Assembly: GCA_032718475.1 (NCBI GenBank)
Contig: JAUCBJ010001988.1
Location: forward strand, 1-53,716
DNA: 53,716 nt
Direction of reading: 5' to 3'
From: Nemertoderma westbladi
Taxonomy: Eukaryota; Animalia; Xenacoelomorpha
In this document: positions 22,753 through 35,099 of the stretch, one piece after another
Layout of the letters: every line of letters begins with the position of its first letter
Numbering within the stretch: position 1 is the first letter of the stretch
Program-made: the position numbers and the translations under genes
The notes under the pieces: generated by a model
Told to the model about the DNA's origin: nothing
Databases searched by the model: none
The model's input: only the letters and a program-made list of their open reading frames with translations

Positions 22753-24125
22753 ACATGGCTAAGACACAGAGAGGAGTAGCCTGCCTATTCTTCACTAAAC
22801 CTATCCAGATTACACAGATGTCTAAGACACAGGGAGGAGTAGCCTGCCTCTTCTTCACTAAACCTATCCGGCGTACACAGATGTCTAAGACACAGGGAGA
22901 AGTAGCCTGCCTCTTCTTCACTAAACCTATCCGGAGTACACACATGTCTAAGACACAGAGAGGAGTAGCTTGGCTCCTCTACATTAAATCTATCCGGAGC
23001 ACACACCACACACGCATGTCTAAGACACAGAGAGGAGTAGCCTGCTTCCTCTACATTAAATCTATCCAGAGCACACACCACACACACACGTCTAAGACAC
23101 AGAGGAGTAGTCTGCTTCCTCTACATTAAATCTTTCCGGCGCACACACCACACATACATGTCTAAGACAAAGAGAGGAGTAGCCTGGCTCCTCTACATTA
23201 AAACTATCCGGAGCACACACCACACACACATGTGTAAGACACAGAGGAGTAGCCTGCCCACTCTACACTAAACATATCCGGAGTACACAGATGTCTAAGA
23301 CACAGAGAGGAGTAGCCTGCTTCCTCTACATTAAATCTATCCGGAGCACACACCAAACACACATGTGTAAGACACAGAGGAGTAGCCTGCCCACTCTACA
23401 CTAAACATATCCGGAGTACACAGATGTCTAAGACACAGAGAGGAGTAGCCTGCTTCCTCTACATTAAATCTATCCTGAGCACACACCACACACACAATGT
23501 CTAAGACACAGAGAGGTGTAGCCTGGCTCCTCTACATTAAATCTATCCGGAGCACACACCACACACACATGTCTAAGACACAGAGAGGAGTAGCTTGGCT
23601 CCTCTACATTAACTCTATCCGGAGCACACACCACACACACATGTCTAAGATACAAAGGAGTAGCCAGCTTCATCTACACTCAATCTATCCGGAGCACACA
23701 CATGTCTAAGACACAGAGAGGAGTAGCTTGGCTCCTCTACATTAAATCTATCCGGAGCACACACCACACACACATGTCTAAGACACAGAGGAGTTGCCTG
23801 CTTCATCTACACTCAATCTATCCGGAGCACACACATGTCTAAGACACAGAGAGGAGTAGCCTGCCTATTCTTCACTAAACCTATCCAGATTACACAGATG
23901 TCTAAGACACAGGGAGGAGTAGCCTGCCTCTTCTTCACTAAACCTATCCGGCGTACACAGATGTCTAAGACACAGGGAGAAGTAGCCTGCCTCTTCTTCA
24001 CTAAACCTATCCGGAGTACACACATGTCTAAGACACAGAGAGGAGTAGCTTGGCTCCTCTACATTAAATCTATCCGGAGCACACACCATACACATGTCTA
24101 AGACACAGAGAGGTGTAGCCGGCCC
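22753..24125. repeat. ~60-72 bp minisatellite (~20 units) with a higher-order block duplication
   Basis: Core ATGTCTAAGACACAGAGAGGAGTAGC...TATCCGGAGCACAC; block ~22755-23010 recurs at ~23835-24090 (offset 1080). Confidence 0.95.
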
Positions 24126-24130
24126 CCTCT

Positions 24131-27100
24131 TCATTTAATTGAATTCGGTGCGATTGATGACCTATGAAGGACAGGTTGCGCAGTTTTACGGACATGTTCA
24201 AAATGACGTCGAGTGTCCTTTATTACCACTGAAATATCATCAGGTACATCTTCAACCATTAACGGTCCTCTCCAGGACACATGTTGCTCCTGTTTTACAA
24301 ACACATAATCACAGATCTTTAATGGATTTGAACTAACTGTTGCCCAATTCGCCTCACCTTTGTTTGGAGAAATCAATGGTAGGTGTGTGAGTTTACTGTT
24401 CATCAGAGCCTTCATCGGTGTCATCAAACCCTTAGCAGGTACAGTATTATTCTACCAGAACGCACACTGTTCAGGTGTTTTATAAGACCTACTAGCCCAT
24501 GCTTTCACCATTCTATGAATCCGTTCGACCGGATTACCTTGTGAAGGTATACCCACAAGCTGGACGATGGCACACTTCCCATTCTTTCAGAAAACACTTG
24601 AACTTACTGCGAAAAGCAGGCCCATTGTCTGCTACCACTTCTTGAGATGGACCCCATTCAAGAAATATTTGCTGGAGTTTTTTATTAACATCTTGTGCAC
24701 CTTTATTATTAACTTTGTGCCAGATGGTGAAATTAGTACAGCAATCCAACACAGTCAAATATGAATAACTGCTATATTCTGTAAAATCTATCGATAATAA
24801 TTCCCAACCACGCGTTACTTCAGTATGTTGTTTTGTTACTGTGTTAGGATGAGGGTCAATGCTGTTGCATTCTGAGCATGCCCTACATACTTCAATTATC
24901 ATTTCTTTTGGAACTGTTAGTAGCCCTTGTAATATTCTATCTTGTTTGCACAAATTTTCGGTACGATCAGACCCCACATGGGCAATACAATGAATTTCTT
25001 CAATACGGCTACGAATACCGGCTGCACTCTGAGAACAAGGTGATGAACATGCTGACATTAGACCTGCTATTGAACAATCATCTTTCTTCTTATTATGCAA
25101 CCATGATTTAGGTACTCTAGTGAGTATATCTGCGAGATTCTTGTGTGACAGGAGAAGGTAAATTGTAATCTGCATTTCATACTTTTGAATAGTTTTCTGA
25201 ATTAATTGTAGTCATCTTCGAATTAACATCTTCGATAGACCTTTAGTTTTCAATCGATGTGAATCATTTAACAAGCGCTGAAATCCAATTATAAACGGTA
25301 GATGAGTCTGTGTAAAGCCAAACGTTTTTAACTTCCACTGTAACACCATGTTGATGCCTTGAATAACTGTGTTTAATTCGGCAGCATTTATATGCTCAGG
25401 GTCGTCGTTATCTCGCAGCCATGCTCCATCTTCAACCACAACACCTCCTATACGTATTAAAGCTCCAGTTGCAATATTGCTCGCATCGGCCCATACTTCT
25501 CCACAGTCAGTATTCTCTATGGGCCATTCACCTTTGACTGGGTCGTTTTCCGAGCATCGTTGGACCATGTCACACAGTTTATTCTTAATACAATCATCAA
25601 CAACCTTATCCAATGGCGTTGAAGCTGCTTGACGCTGAATCCATCCAATAGCTATCCTTACCAACCTTCTACTAAATAGTGACCATGTAGCTTCCAATTA
25701 TTCCTAACAACTGATGATGTGTTAGACTTTCAGGAATATCTGACAGTTTTGGTAAATCGCTATCACATGACCAATGACTGTCTTTTACGAAAATTCCTAA
25801 AACTCTTGTGCCATCTTTCACATAGTTTGGTTTTTTGGATTCCAATCCAAATTTGGTGAGATGCTGCTTTACTTCTTCTACTGGAATTGCTGACGTATCC
25901 ACATAGATATCATCTCTAAAATTATCTACAGAATCCTTCAGCTTAGGTCTCTTTCGCTTAGGTCAATCACTTTTTCGACAATTGAATCCATTATTTTAGG
26001 TCCTGGTCCAATACTAAATCCCAATCTTTTCATACAGTATGTTTTCCCTAAATATTGCACAGTTTGAAATGGATGTAATTCAGGACTGATTCGTATTTGC
26101 ATATAGGCATTCTTCAAATCCAGTATGGCAGTGTCCTTTCCCATCCGAGCCCACTTTCTAAGTTTCTCTCCACATGCCGCCGCCTCAGTGCCAGGATTAT
26201 TCACCAGATGTTTATTCAATGATCGAAAATACATTATGGGGTGAACCCAATCTTTACGTTCTTCGAACTTTCCCATAAGCGGAATCTGTGCGCGTACTTC
26301 GCCATTATATTCGACTATCCAGCCGTTCTTAATCCAGTCTTGCATCGCTTCTTCAAATTTATCTCTCTTTCCCGCTGGAATTCCATATTCCGCTGGTCCC
26401 CTCTGATCACCCCAGCTGGTTTTTCACCATCCTTAAATTTGAATCCATTTTTGGCCATCAAATACAGCTGAAAAATCTGATTTCTCAATTCTTTCCATTT
26501 CAGGTACCGATGATACGCCTCCTTCATGAACATGTATCGCTAATCCAGCAACAGGATTTACACATTGCGGCTCAACCAATTCAACTGCATTCATCTTATC
26601 ATGAACATTGTTGGAATAAATTGTTTAAATTGCTTAACTATATCAGAGCCAATTACCATAGGAATTTTTCCAACCAACTTCTCTAGAACAGCGACATCGC
26701 ATCGCCGCTCTTCATCAGTACTTTTAAATCCTAAGTTTAATACAGTTTCTCATTGGATTGTAATACTTGACAGGCCATCTAAAAATCTTAAAGCTTGTTG
26801 CTTACATGTAATGTTTGCACCAACTTTTGTTGCAAACTCTCGAGAAATCATAGAGCGTTGACAGTCTGTATCCAGTAACGCCCTTGTAAACCAACCATTA
26901 TAGTATACTTTAATTACCGGTAAATCACCGATTTGATAATTTGGGAGATAGCTGCTGGCGCTAATGGCCATCTCCCTCTCTAGTTTCCCGAATTTGCAGT
27001 ACAGCGACGAGCGATGTGGTTTGCAGCTCCACATCGAAAGCATCCAGATCCACCGGCTCCTACTGTTTGACCCCCCAGATTATTCTGATTATTAAAGTAA

Positions 27101-27900
27101 CTTCTAGGCCTATTACCTCCTGTTTGTCTAACTGTACCCATGCCGGTAAAGTGGCCAAAATTGCGGCATCGGTAGCACTGGATAGATTGTCGGTAGGATT
27201 GTTGGTTGGTAGGAGTGATCGAACCTCTCCGATTGTTGGAATCCACCGAGAATGGCAACCCTCGGTTTTCGTTTCCATATAATCTTTCCCCCCTCTCTGA
27301 TTGACGACCTCCCACTGCCCAGGCATTTGCAGCCTGGCCCACTGCGCCTGCCGCTCCGATTATATTCGATTCAACGTTAACGCTCCTCTCTGAAACCAGT
27401 CGAAGAGCCTGTTCCAACAAATGTTCTAAGGATAAACCTCCTGCCAACGCTTTAACTTCGCTCTGGATTTCTGTTGGCAGACCAGCTACGAACTGAACCG
27501 CCAGCATTGATTGCGGTGCATCAGACGAAATTTCGGTACGGACAATTAGCGATAATAGACGTTTGAGATCTGCAAGAAACGTATCGACTGCTTCATTCGT
27601 TTGTAATGAACGTCTCTTGAACTTATCATAGGCGACATGTTCGTTGATCACAAATGCGGAGAGTAACTCTGCTTCCAACTCATTGTAACTTGACTTCTTC
27701 TCGTCCAGTAGCTGCCGCATAACGTCAAACACAGCCCCTTCCAAACAAAGTCGGAGGTATGTTGCATGAGACTCCTCCTTCAAGGAAGATTCTGTTTTCA
27801 ACATGTCGAATGTGTCATTAAAGATATTTAAAAATCCCGATGGATCTCCATCCCCGTTATATTTCTTAACGAAATCTGAAAGCTTTAATCTGGATGCCAT
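24131..27900 (-). mobile_element. Gypsy-like LTR retrotransposon A (gag, protease, RT, RNase H, integrase), degraded pol
   Basis: gag with CFRCGAANHIARRC; protease ALLDT; RT LDLKNAYMQI...KRLGF, FRDD near 25915; RNase H WADAS...HINAAEL; integrase H..AH...CSEC, SIDFT, ADNGPAF, VERIHR, WRGP. Confidence 0.9.
26943..26989 (-). promoter_or_regulatory. -1 programmed ribosomal frameshift signal at the gag/pro junction
   Basis: G GGA AAC heptamer in the gag frame just before TAG, a 6-nt spacer, then a 10-bp stem GGGAGATGGC/GCTATCTCCC. The protease ORF is in the -1 frame. Confidence 0.8.
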
Positions 27901-27950
27901 ATCTTGACACGTTAGCCCGGTTAACTTATAAGTCACATAATGTGCAAGAA

Positions 27951-28209
27951 TGTTGTAATAACCACAATCAGTAAAATACTAATAACAAATAATACAGAAA
28001 TACCAACGAGCTGTACAGCAGTACAGTACAGTGATAACACTATCACACAAGGACAGTCATACTGGTAAACTGTACTTCCCCCTCCACCAAATACCCTGGA
28101 CTAATATATATTCTCTTATAAGGATGAAGGCCTGATACGATGGTACAATTTTTGTGAGAAATCAGCTGTTATTTACTATGACTTTTAATCATTACACCTC
28201 CCCCAGTCC
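27951..28209 (-). mobile_element. PPT plus LTR-like segment between Gypsy B and Gypsy A
   Basis: Minus strand GGGGGAGG followed directly by TGTAATGATT at 28196; possible end ...ACAACA at 27951. Confidence 0.6.
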
Positions 28210-28344
28210 AAAGTATTCTAGAATCCGATTTGGACTCATTCATAAGAGAGTCGCTCGGGTTGATAAGATATTCGGTTGCTTCTCCTTAGTACCGGATTGT
28301 TTTCCGAATTTTCATCGGTTGTGGTTGTGGGTTTACTTTCAGTT

Positions 28345-31300
28345 TTAGGAATTTCGCGTAAAAATCGAGTCAAGTTTTACTATATATGTTCGACGTTTCC
28401 CCACTTCCACTACTACCCCAGTTTTTGTCCAACGTCTTGTTTTAGGACATTGTATAATAACTGGTATATTGACTGAAATTTGTGACAGTGACTTTGAATG
28501 AACATTATAGCATTCAGAACTTTTTCTTACAGATGTTTCCATCCGTTCGAAGGTTGGTGGTTTCGATTTTAGTAAGTTGGGGTGGACTGGAATTCGACCG
28601 CGAAGTTGACGTCTGAAAACAATCTCAGCCGGGCTTGCTCCATCCACTCTAGGAGTATTTCGATACTCTAATAGTCCAGCTTGGAAAGCTGGACTATGGA
28701 TGTTATTGCTTTGAGTTTTCTCAACAATACGCTTTACTGATCGTACTGCCGCCTCAGCATGGCCGTTCGATTGCGGATATGCTGGTGAAGATGGCCTCCA
28801 TTCTACTCCCCAATTGCAAAGGACGAGTCGCATAACCTCGGAATCGAATTGAGGCCCACCATCGCTTCGTAATAATTGTGGTACTCCCATTATCACGAAA
28901 CATTCCTGCAATACATTAATAACTTGTGGCGATGATGGGTCGTTACGCCAAGATGCAACTAACGGGAATCCCGATAACCTGTCTGTATAGACTAGAAATA
29001 CGCCATTATCTACATAAAAAATATCGCAGATGTTACTTCGAAGTGATATGATGGAAGCGGATCTGCTGCCATGGGCTCGCGTGGGTTACTGGGTAGGAGA
29101 CGCTGACATTCTGCACACGACTTCACCATTTCCGTTAGGTCGTTTGTCATACCAGGCCAATATAACATTTGTCTCGCTCTTCTCTTTACCTTTTCAATAC
29201 CCTGGTGGCCCTCATGTAAACGTTTAATAACTTCCGTTTTAAATGTTGGAGGTGGGATAATGCGGACAGAGTCCAAAAGCACAATTCCGCTATGAATAGA
29301 TAAATTATCCCAGCATTTACGGAATAGTTGTACATACGGGTGATTTACTTTATTGATATCATCCCCTGATATAATGGTAGATTTCAATGCTGTATAATCT
29401 GGATCTTTATTTCCTGCTTCCTTGATACTTTCTAGAACAGGATCGTCTGAAGATTCCTGGAATCTAGTAATGGTTTCAGTTGGCACTATGTTGACAGCTG
29501 CTGATATTAATATATCATCGGCCTCTGGTTGGGATACCGGGGCGCGTGATAAAGCATCAGGAGCGCAATGATCCTTCCCACATTTCCAGCGTGCAGTAAA
29601 GGAATAACCAGAGGCTTTCTCAATGTATGAACGTAGCTTAGGGTTTTCGATTTCGTTTAATGTGCGGTTATTAATTATTGGGATCAAAGGTTTATGGTCA
29701 GTGACCACTGTGAATGATTCTAATCCCATCAGAAAGTGGTGTAACTTTCTTAGAGCCCAGAGAATCGCCAACATTTCTAACTCTATAGTTGCATACCGCG
29801 TTTCGGCGTCTTGTAGGAATCGCGAACCGCATTGTATAAGGCGCCACTGTTCTTCCTAATGTTGGAGTAATACAAACCCCAGGCCATTTGACCTGGAAGC
29901 ATCACAATGCAACTCTGTCTCAGTATCCAGTTTAAACTGTGCTAAAATTGGGGGAGAGACTAAGGTATTTTTAACTGCCTTTAATGCTATGCTGTGGTCT
30001 GCTGTCCAAATAAATTCATGATTCTTCTGGAGCAAGCCTCTAAGTGGTTGTGCAGTACGGGAAATTTCTGGCGAGAATGCCCCGAGTTGATTGACGAGAC
30101 CAAAGAAACTCCTTAAGTCGGTCCTGTTTTTGGGAATTGGAAATTCTGTTATTGCATTAACTTTGTCTGGGTGGGCTTGGATACTATTGTGTGAAATCCT
30201 ATAACCCACAAAGTCAACTTCAGGTTGGAAGAAAACACACTTCTTGATGTTGAGTGTGACACCATGTTTCTCGAAGCGTTCTAGAACATTCCATACAGAG
30301 TTTACATTGGTATTGAAGTCATTAGAGTCTATGAGTGTACCATCAACAACTTTAGTAACGCTTGATAAACCATCCAGAACAATGTCTCCACGCCAGTTGT
30401 ACGAATCCCCTGTGCTAGCATAACCCATTGGAGATCGTATAAATTTATATCGTTTCCATGGTGTTATAAAGGTTGTGAAGTGTTGATCATCTGGATGAAG
30501 AGGCATTTGCCAATATCCAGTAACAGCATCAAGTTTCGTAAAATAACGAGAGTTGGGATTAATGTTTCTCACCGCTTCAACAGGAGACTTTGCAGGATGT
30601 CTGGTTGGTTTAATTTGAGCATTTAAACGGCGTAAATCAACGCAAATTCGAACGCCGCCATTCGGCTTACGAGCGAATGCCATAGGGTGGCACCAGTCAC
30701 ATGGGATATCCCCTACTGCCTCGATAATTCCTAGGCTCTCTAACCGATCCAGTTCCTGTTTTATTTTATCTTTATATGCAACTGGAATAGTATAAGGTGT
30801 TCGAATTGCGAATGGTTTTGCATCGGGTTTTAATATAATCCTCATTGGTTCCCCAATATGATCACCAACCATTGTCTCTTGCTCTCAAAAACGGATGAAA
30901 ATCGTCTGAGGATTCGTTGGGTAGCTTCTTTTGCTATCAACGGTTCACCGTGTTTAGGAAGATTTTCCAACCAATCTTTGTCCTTATTTGCAATAGTAGA
31001 TGTTTGATTCGATGTATTTGTTGCACACAAATACTCTCTACTACGAGGAATTGGGTTGGGAAAGTCATCATGTATAATACAAAATGCCTTACATGCGGCT
31101 TTACTAAGATATAGATTATTGACACCTTCTGCAATAGTAATTGTAACGTTTGCACATTCACCAAGTAGGCAAATCTGGACTACAACACATCCAAGTTGTT
31201 TAAGTGGCTTGCCACCAATGCTAAATATTTGCGGCCAAATTGGAGGGGATAAATCGGAAGACGATTTTTTTATTCCCCTAAGAAATTTTACGCCAGCTAT

Positions 31301-32695
31301 AACAACATCAGTCCCAGTATCAGGAATTGCTTCTACAGTTGTAAGGAATTCAATGGTGTCCACTGTAAATACATCCATAGAAACAGTTTCGGTCGTTGGT
31401 ACTGGAATGTGATTTGTAGCTGCTGCTTTTCCAATAGTTGTAGCTCCAACACTTAATGTGCTATCTGATGCTTTAGATTTAGCTAGACGACATACTGAAC
31501 CGAGATGGTTTTTCTTTTTACAGACATTGCAAGTTTTTCCTCTGGCTGGACATGATGAACCACCACGGTGTCCTACCTGACCACAATAGCTGCACTTTGG
31601 GTTTGCAGAAGTATTGTGATAATCCTTCTGTTTTTCCGCCACCTTACAATTGTCAGTATTTTGAGATTTGTTCCAACCCGATTCCTTGTTCTTTTTGTAA
31701 TTTGATTTTTTAGTGGTTGCAGCAATCGAAGGTTTCTCTCCACCATTGCCAGTAGCCAGTGATTTGATGGCTCCATATGACTCTTCTAGAGCCAACATCA
31801 ACTTCTTGGCTTCAACTACAGTTGGTGGACGTTCTTTGATCACTTCTCTCCAAATTTCCTCGTTTTTCACACCGAGAATTAATAAGGCTATGTGAAGCTG
31901 TTCCTTGTCAACTTCTACCCATTTAAGCTTTTCTTCAATATCTGATAAAAAGAATGCCATTGACGACGATTGGCGTACTTTTAATAATATTTGCCAATCT
32001 AATGCTTGGTTGCGTTTGTCACGCAGATGTTTCTCAATTAATTGAATGGCCTCGTTTACGTGAGTTATCTGTTCATAGTCAATATCCATGACATGACGGA
32101 CCTCTGAAGCAAACGAAGCGGAAAAACATGACCAAAGCATTCCAATCTGGTTTCTAGGTGGCATAGCCTCAAGATTTGATGCTTGAACATAAATGCGCCA
32201 TACCTGGAGCCAACCATCAAATTGTTTGGCATCAGTACCGGCTTCAATAACTGAAGGGGTTTTAATGGTTTTTGATGCGGCTGCTAGGTGTGGACGAATT
32301 TCTGATTCGTGGGATCGAAATTCGCCATGGTGACCAGTTGGTGGATGGGTACGCAGTTTTAAATCAATCGATGTGTCTACCATTGCTGCTAAATCGTCAA
32401 TAACTGCAGCTTTCTCCCCCAAAGTAATATAGTCGTCATCAATAGATGGGTCAACTTCTGTCAATATACTAACATTTATATGCGCAGCTTCATAAGCTTC
32501 ATACGCACCATGGAGACGTTTGAGTCGTTGGTTTAGTCGGCTAATGTCTGCAGTTGTTCTCTCTGTTGGATCCAACCTGTTGACTTCGTCGAGAGCTTTT
32601 ATCAAGTTGTTCTCAGCCATTGTGAGTTGACCTTTTAAAGCTCCTCTCCGATGCTTTGCAGCCCCAACTTCATCTTGTTTCCCTGTCATTGACAT
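28345..32695 (-). mobile_element. Gypsy LTR retrotransposon B (Mag-like), near full-length internal region with a few lesions
   Basis: Two CCHC knuckles, protease PDTG, RT (RICVDLRRLN, LDAVTGYWQ, VVDG), RNase H (CDAS, TDHKPL, DALSR), integrase (HEGHQG..CAEC, SDGGPQF, SNGHAEAAV). Frameshifts at ~30870 and ~29025, one in-frame stop at 29856. Confidence 0.95.
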
Positions 32696-32746
32696 GCTAA
32701 CTTTAGGGTGAGAAATGGGATTAATTCACGTAGGTAATTTGATTTC

Positions 32747-33113
32747 ACTGCGCCATGTTATATTCCATTATAACGAAATAAAATAATTGAATTATAATAC
32801 GATAATTATAATATTTAAATGTTAAATGAAATAAAGTAACTAAAATCTTTCAAAGATTTGATAAATTAACTTTAGTCATAATTATTCAATTGTAATCGCC
32901 ACAGAGCGAATTAATTTCCCCATACACAATATCCCTATGATATAATGCTATACCCAATAACCACTGGATAAAGTACTTCAGCTGGTATTCAGTATTAATA
33001 TGAAGAGTTATTAGTTCGCATTGCGGATAGCTGTGAAATGGGAATTCCCTCTTATAAACAATATTGTGGTTCACAGTTAATTCAGATTGTTGATTGTATA
33101 AACAATCATTACA
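32747..33113 (-). mobile_element. Putative 5' LTR and PBS of Gypsy B
   Basis: Minus strand TGTAATGATT (33113) ... TAACA (32756), immediately followed by TGGCGCAGT. Confidence 0.65.
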
Positions 33114-33144
33114 TTGACCAAATGACAGCTCGTAAAACAAATAA

Positions 33145-33314
33145 TAAAACAATAAAATAGGACATGGGGTCTATTCCCTCAGATACTACCTAGAATTTAG
33201 GGCCACTTGGGCCACTGTTAGTACTCAGGCACTAGGCCCATCAAAAAACACAAAACAAAATACCAAATAGTAGTATCTGAGGGAATAGACCCCATGTCCT
33301 ATTTTATTGTTTTA
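33145..33314. mobile_element. Small MITE with 45-bp perfect TIRs
   Basis: TAAAACAATAAAATAGGACATGGGGTCTATTCCCTCAGATACTAC and its exact reverse complement ending at 33314. Confidence 0.85.
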
Positions 33315-33699
33315 ATATTAATATTACAATCCCTCTAAAGTCGTGGTTGTCAACATCATAAAACAAATAATGACAGACAGACAGACAAACACACAGTAAC
33401 TGTATCAACTCTTTAAATATTGATAGCCATTCTCTAATGCCTCCCAACACCATGGGTGGTTCAGCCAACATAATTTTAACAGAGGTAATTGTGGCTGGCA
33501 TTGGATGATTATATTGTGAGACAGAAGCTCAGGTACTCTCACCAGATGGTGAAAATGAGTTCTTCTCAACCCTGGTTGGCATACTGCAATTGTCGTTATT
33601 ACTATTCGTAATTGTACTGGATTATGTAATGAGCATGGCCACAAAGGGTGAAGATCTGGGATTCACACTTCAAGAACGCAGAAGTAGCAGATATCTGGC

Positions 33700-34510
33700 A
33701 TCTGAAGTCACAGACATCACTTTGATGATGACATCGCCCTGCATTACAATATGCTAGCATTTACACAACTTCTACTAGTAGTATTAGTAGTAGTACTACT
33801 ACGACTAGTACTACTAGTAGTACTAGTCGTCTAGTAGAGAAGGCCGCTAAGGAGGTTGGATTGCATATAAATGCTACCAAGACCGAATTCATGACCTTTA
33901 ATGTTGATGGAAACTTGACAACCATTGGTAATAATCAACTAAGGAAGGTCAACGACTTCCAGTACCTTGGATCATGGATAGAGAGTAGCAAAAAAGACAT
34001 AGAAGTTAGGAAAGCAAAGGCTTGGGTAGCTCTATCAAAAATGGATATCATCTGGAAATCAGATCGCTCTAGGCACCTGAAGACTAAGTTCTTTCGAGCC
34101 ACTGTGGAAAGTGTACTTTTATACGGTATGAGCCCTGGACCTGGACACTGACTAAATCACTTGAACAACGTATTGCTACACAAGATTAATAAGGGCAGCC
34201 CTAAACATCAGCTGGAGACAACACATGACAAACGCCAAGCTTTATACCACCTGCCACACTTGTACACTACCACCTGTTTCAACCACCTTCCGTGAATGCA
34301 GATTAAGATTCAGTGGGCACTGCTGGAGAAGTTAAAACGAGGTCATACCAGATCTACATTTCTGGAAACCAACTCAAGGAAAGCGTAGCCATGGATGACC
34401 GGCTGAGATATATAGACCAACTTGAAAGATATACTGAACTTGAGACAATCGAAATTGCTACCACTATGGAGTATCGGGAAGCATGGAATGATCTCATTTC
34501 CATAAGTCTT
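33700..34510 (+). mobile_element. RTE-type LINE, 3' RT fragment
   Basis: DDIAL, GLHINATKTEFM, FQYLGSWI, KAWVALSKMDIIWKS, VESVLLYG, RLRFSGHCWR; interrupted by a (TAG/TAC)n tract at ~33772-33835. Confidence 0.85.
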
Positions 34511-34534
34511 GATTGTTGTTGTAGGTGAGCAGTT

Positions 34535-34910
34535 AGTTGCAACTTCTTCAATTTTATCTTGTAAAAAAAATGTATTCTTCTGGCTGATGTTGTAGGCCAA
34601 TTTTAAATCTTCCTTAGCTTTCTCAACCTTATTTTTTTCGGTTGTTGGTTGTTCGGTTTTTGCTTTATACATCTTAAGATATAAGATCTTATCTCTTACA
34701 GTACAATAAACCTCACAGTGTTGCCATGGGACATACTGTTTTCGTTGGGATTTCTGAGCAATATGCCTCTTGCCTGATTCCTTGTGGACTTTTATTATAT
34801 TCTGGTATATTGAATCGGTGGACTGGTCTTCATCCATTGACTGAAGTGCTTCAAAGCGGTTTTGAACTTTTTCTGTGTAAGCATAAATACTGCATTGTAT
34901 GCATTACTGC
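34535..34910 (-). mobile_element. RTE-type LINE fragment (EN-RT linker)
   Basis: VQNRFEAL followed by a basic stretch ending in VPW, typical of the RTE linker. Confidence 0.6.
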
Positions 34911-35099
34911 ATAAGGATATAAACGAGCTGTGCTTTGCTTTAATTAGGGTATTGAGAGGTCCATAGCTTCCATAGCTATAAGTATGACGTTGATATTTAA
35001 ACTGTTTGTTGAAGATTTTCGTTTCAAAGTTTTTTCTCTTAATAAATGACTATTAACATTTACATGATTTGTGCATGGGTTAGCATGTTGTTAACCTGA

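Noticed and set aside
22210-24125. CRISPR-like array
   Set aside because: Units are wholly repeated with no unique spacers; eukaryotic context, no cas genes.
22055-24134. Cys/Val-rich periodic ORFs
   Set aside because: Translations of minisatellite units.
33700-34910. Twin-priming inverted LINE
   Set aside because: The inverted 5'-derived piece is on the 3' side, the wrong geometry; more likely separate fragments.
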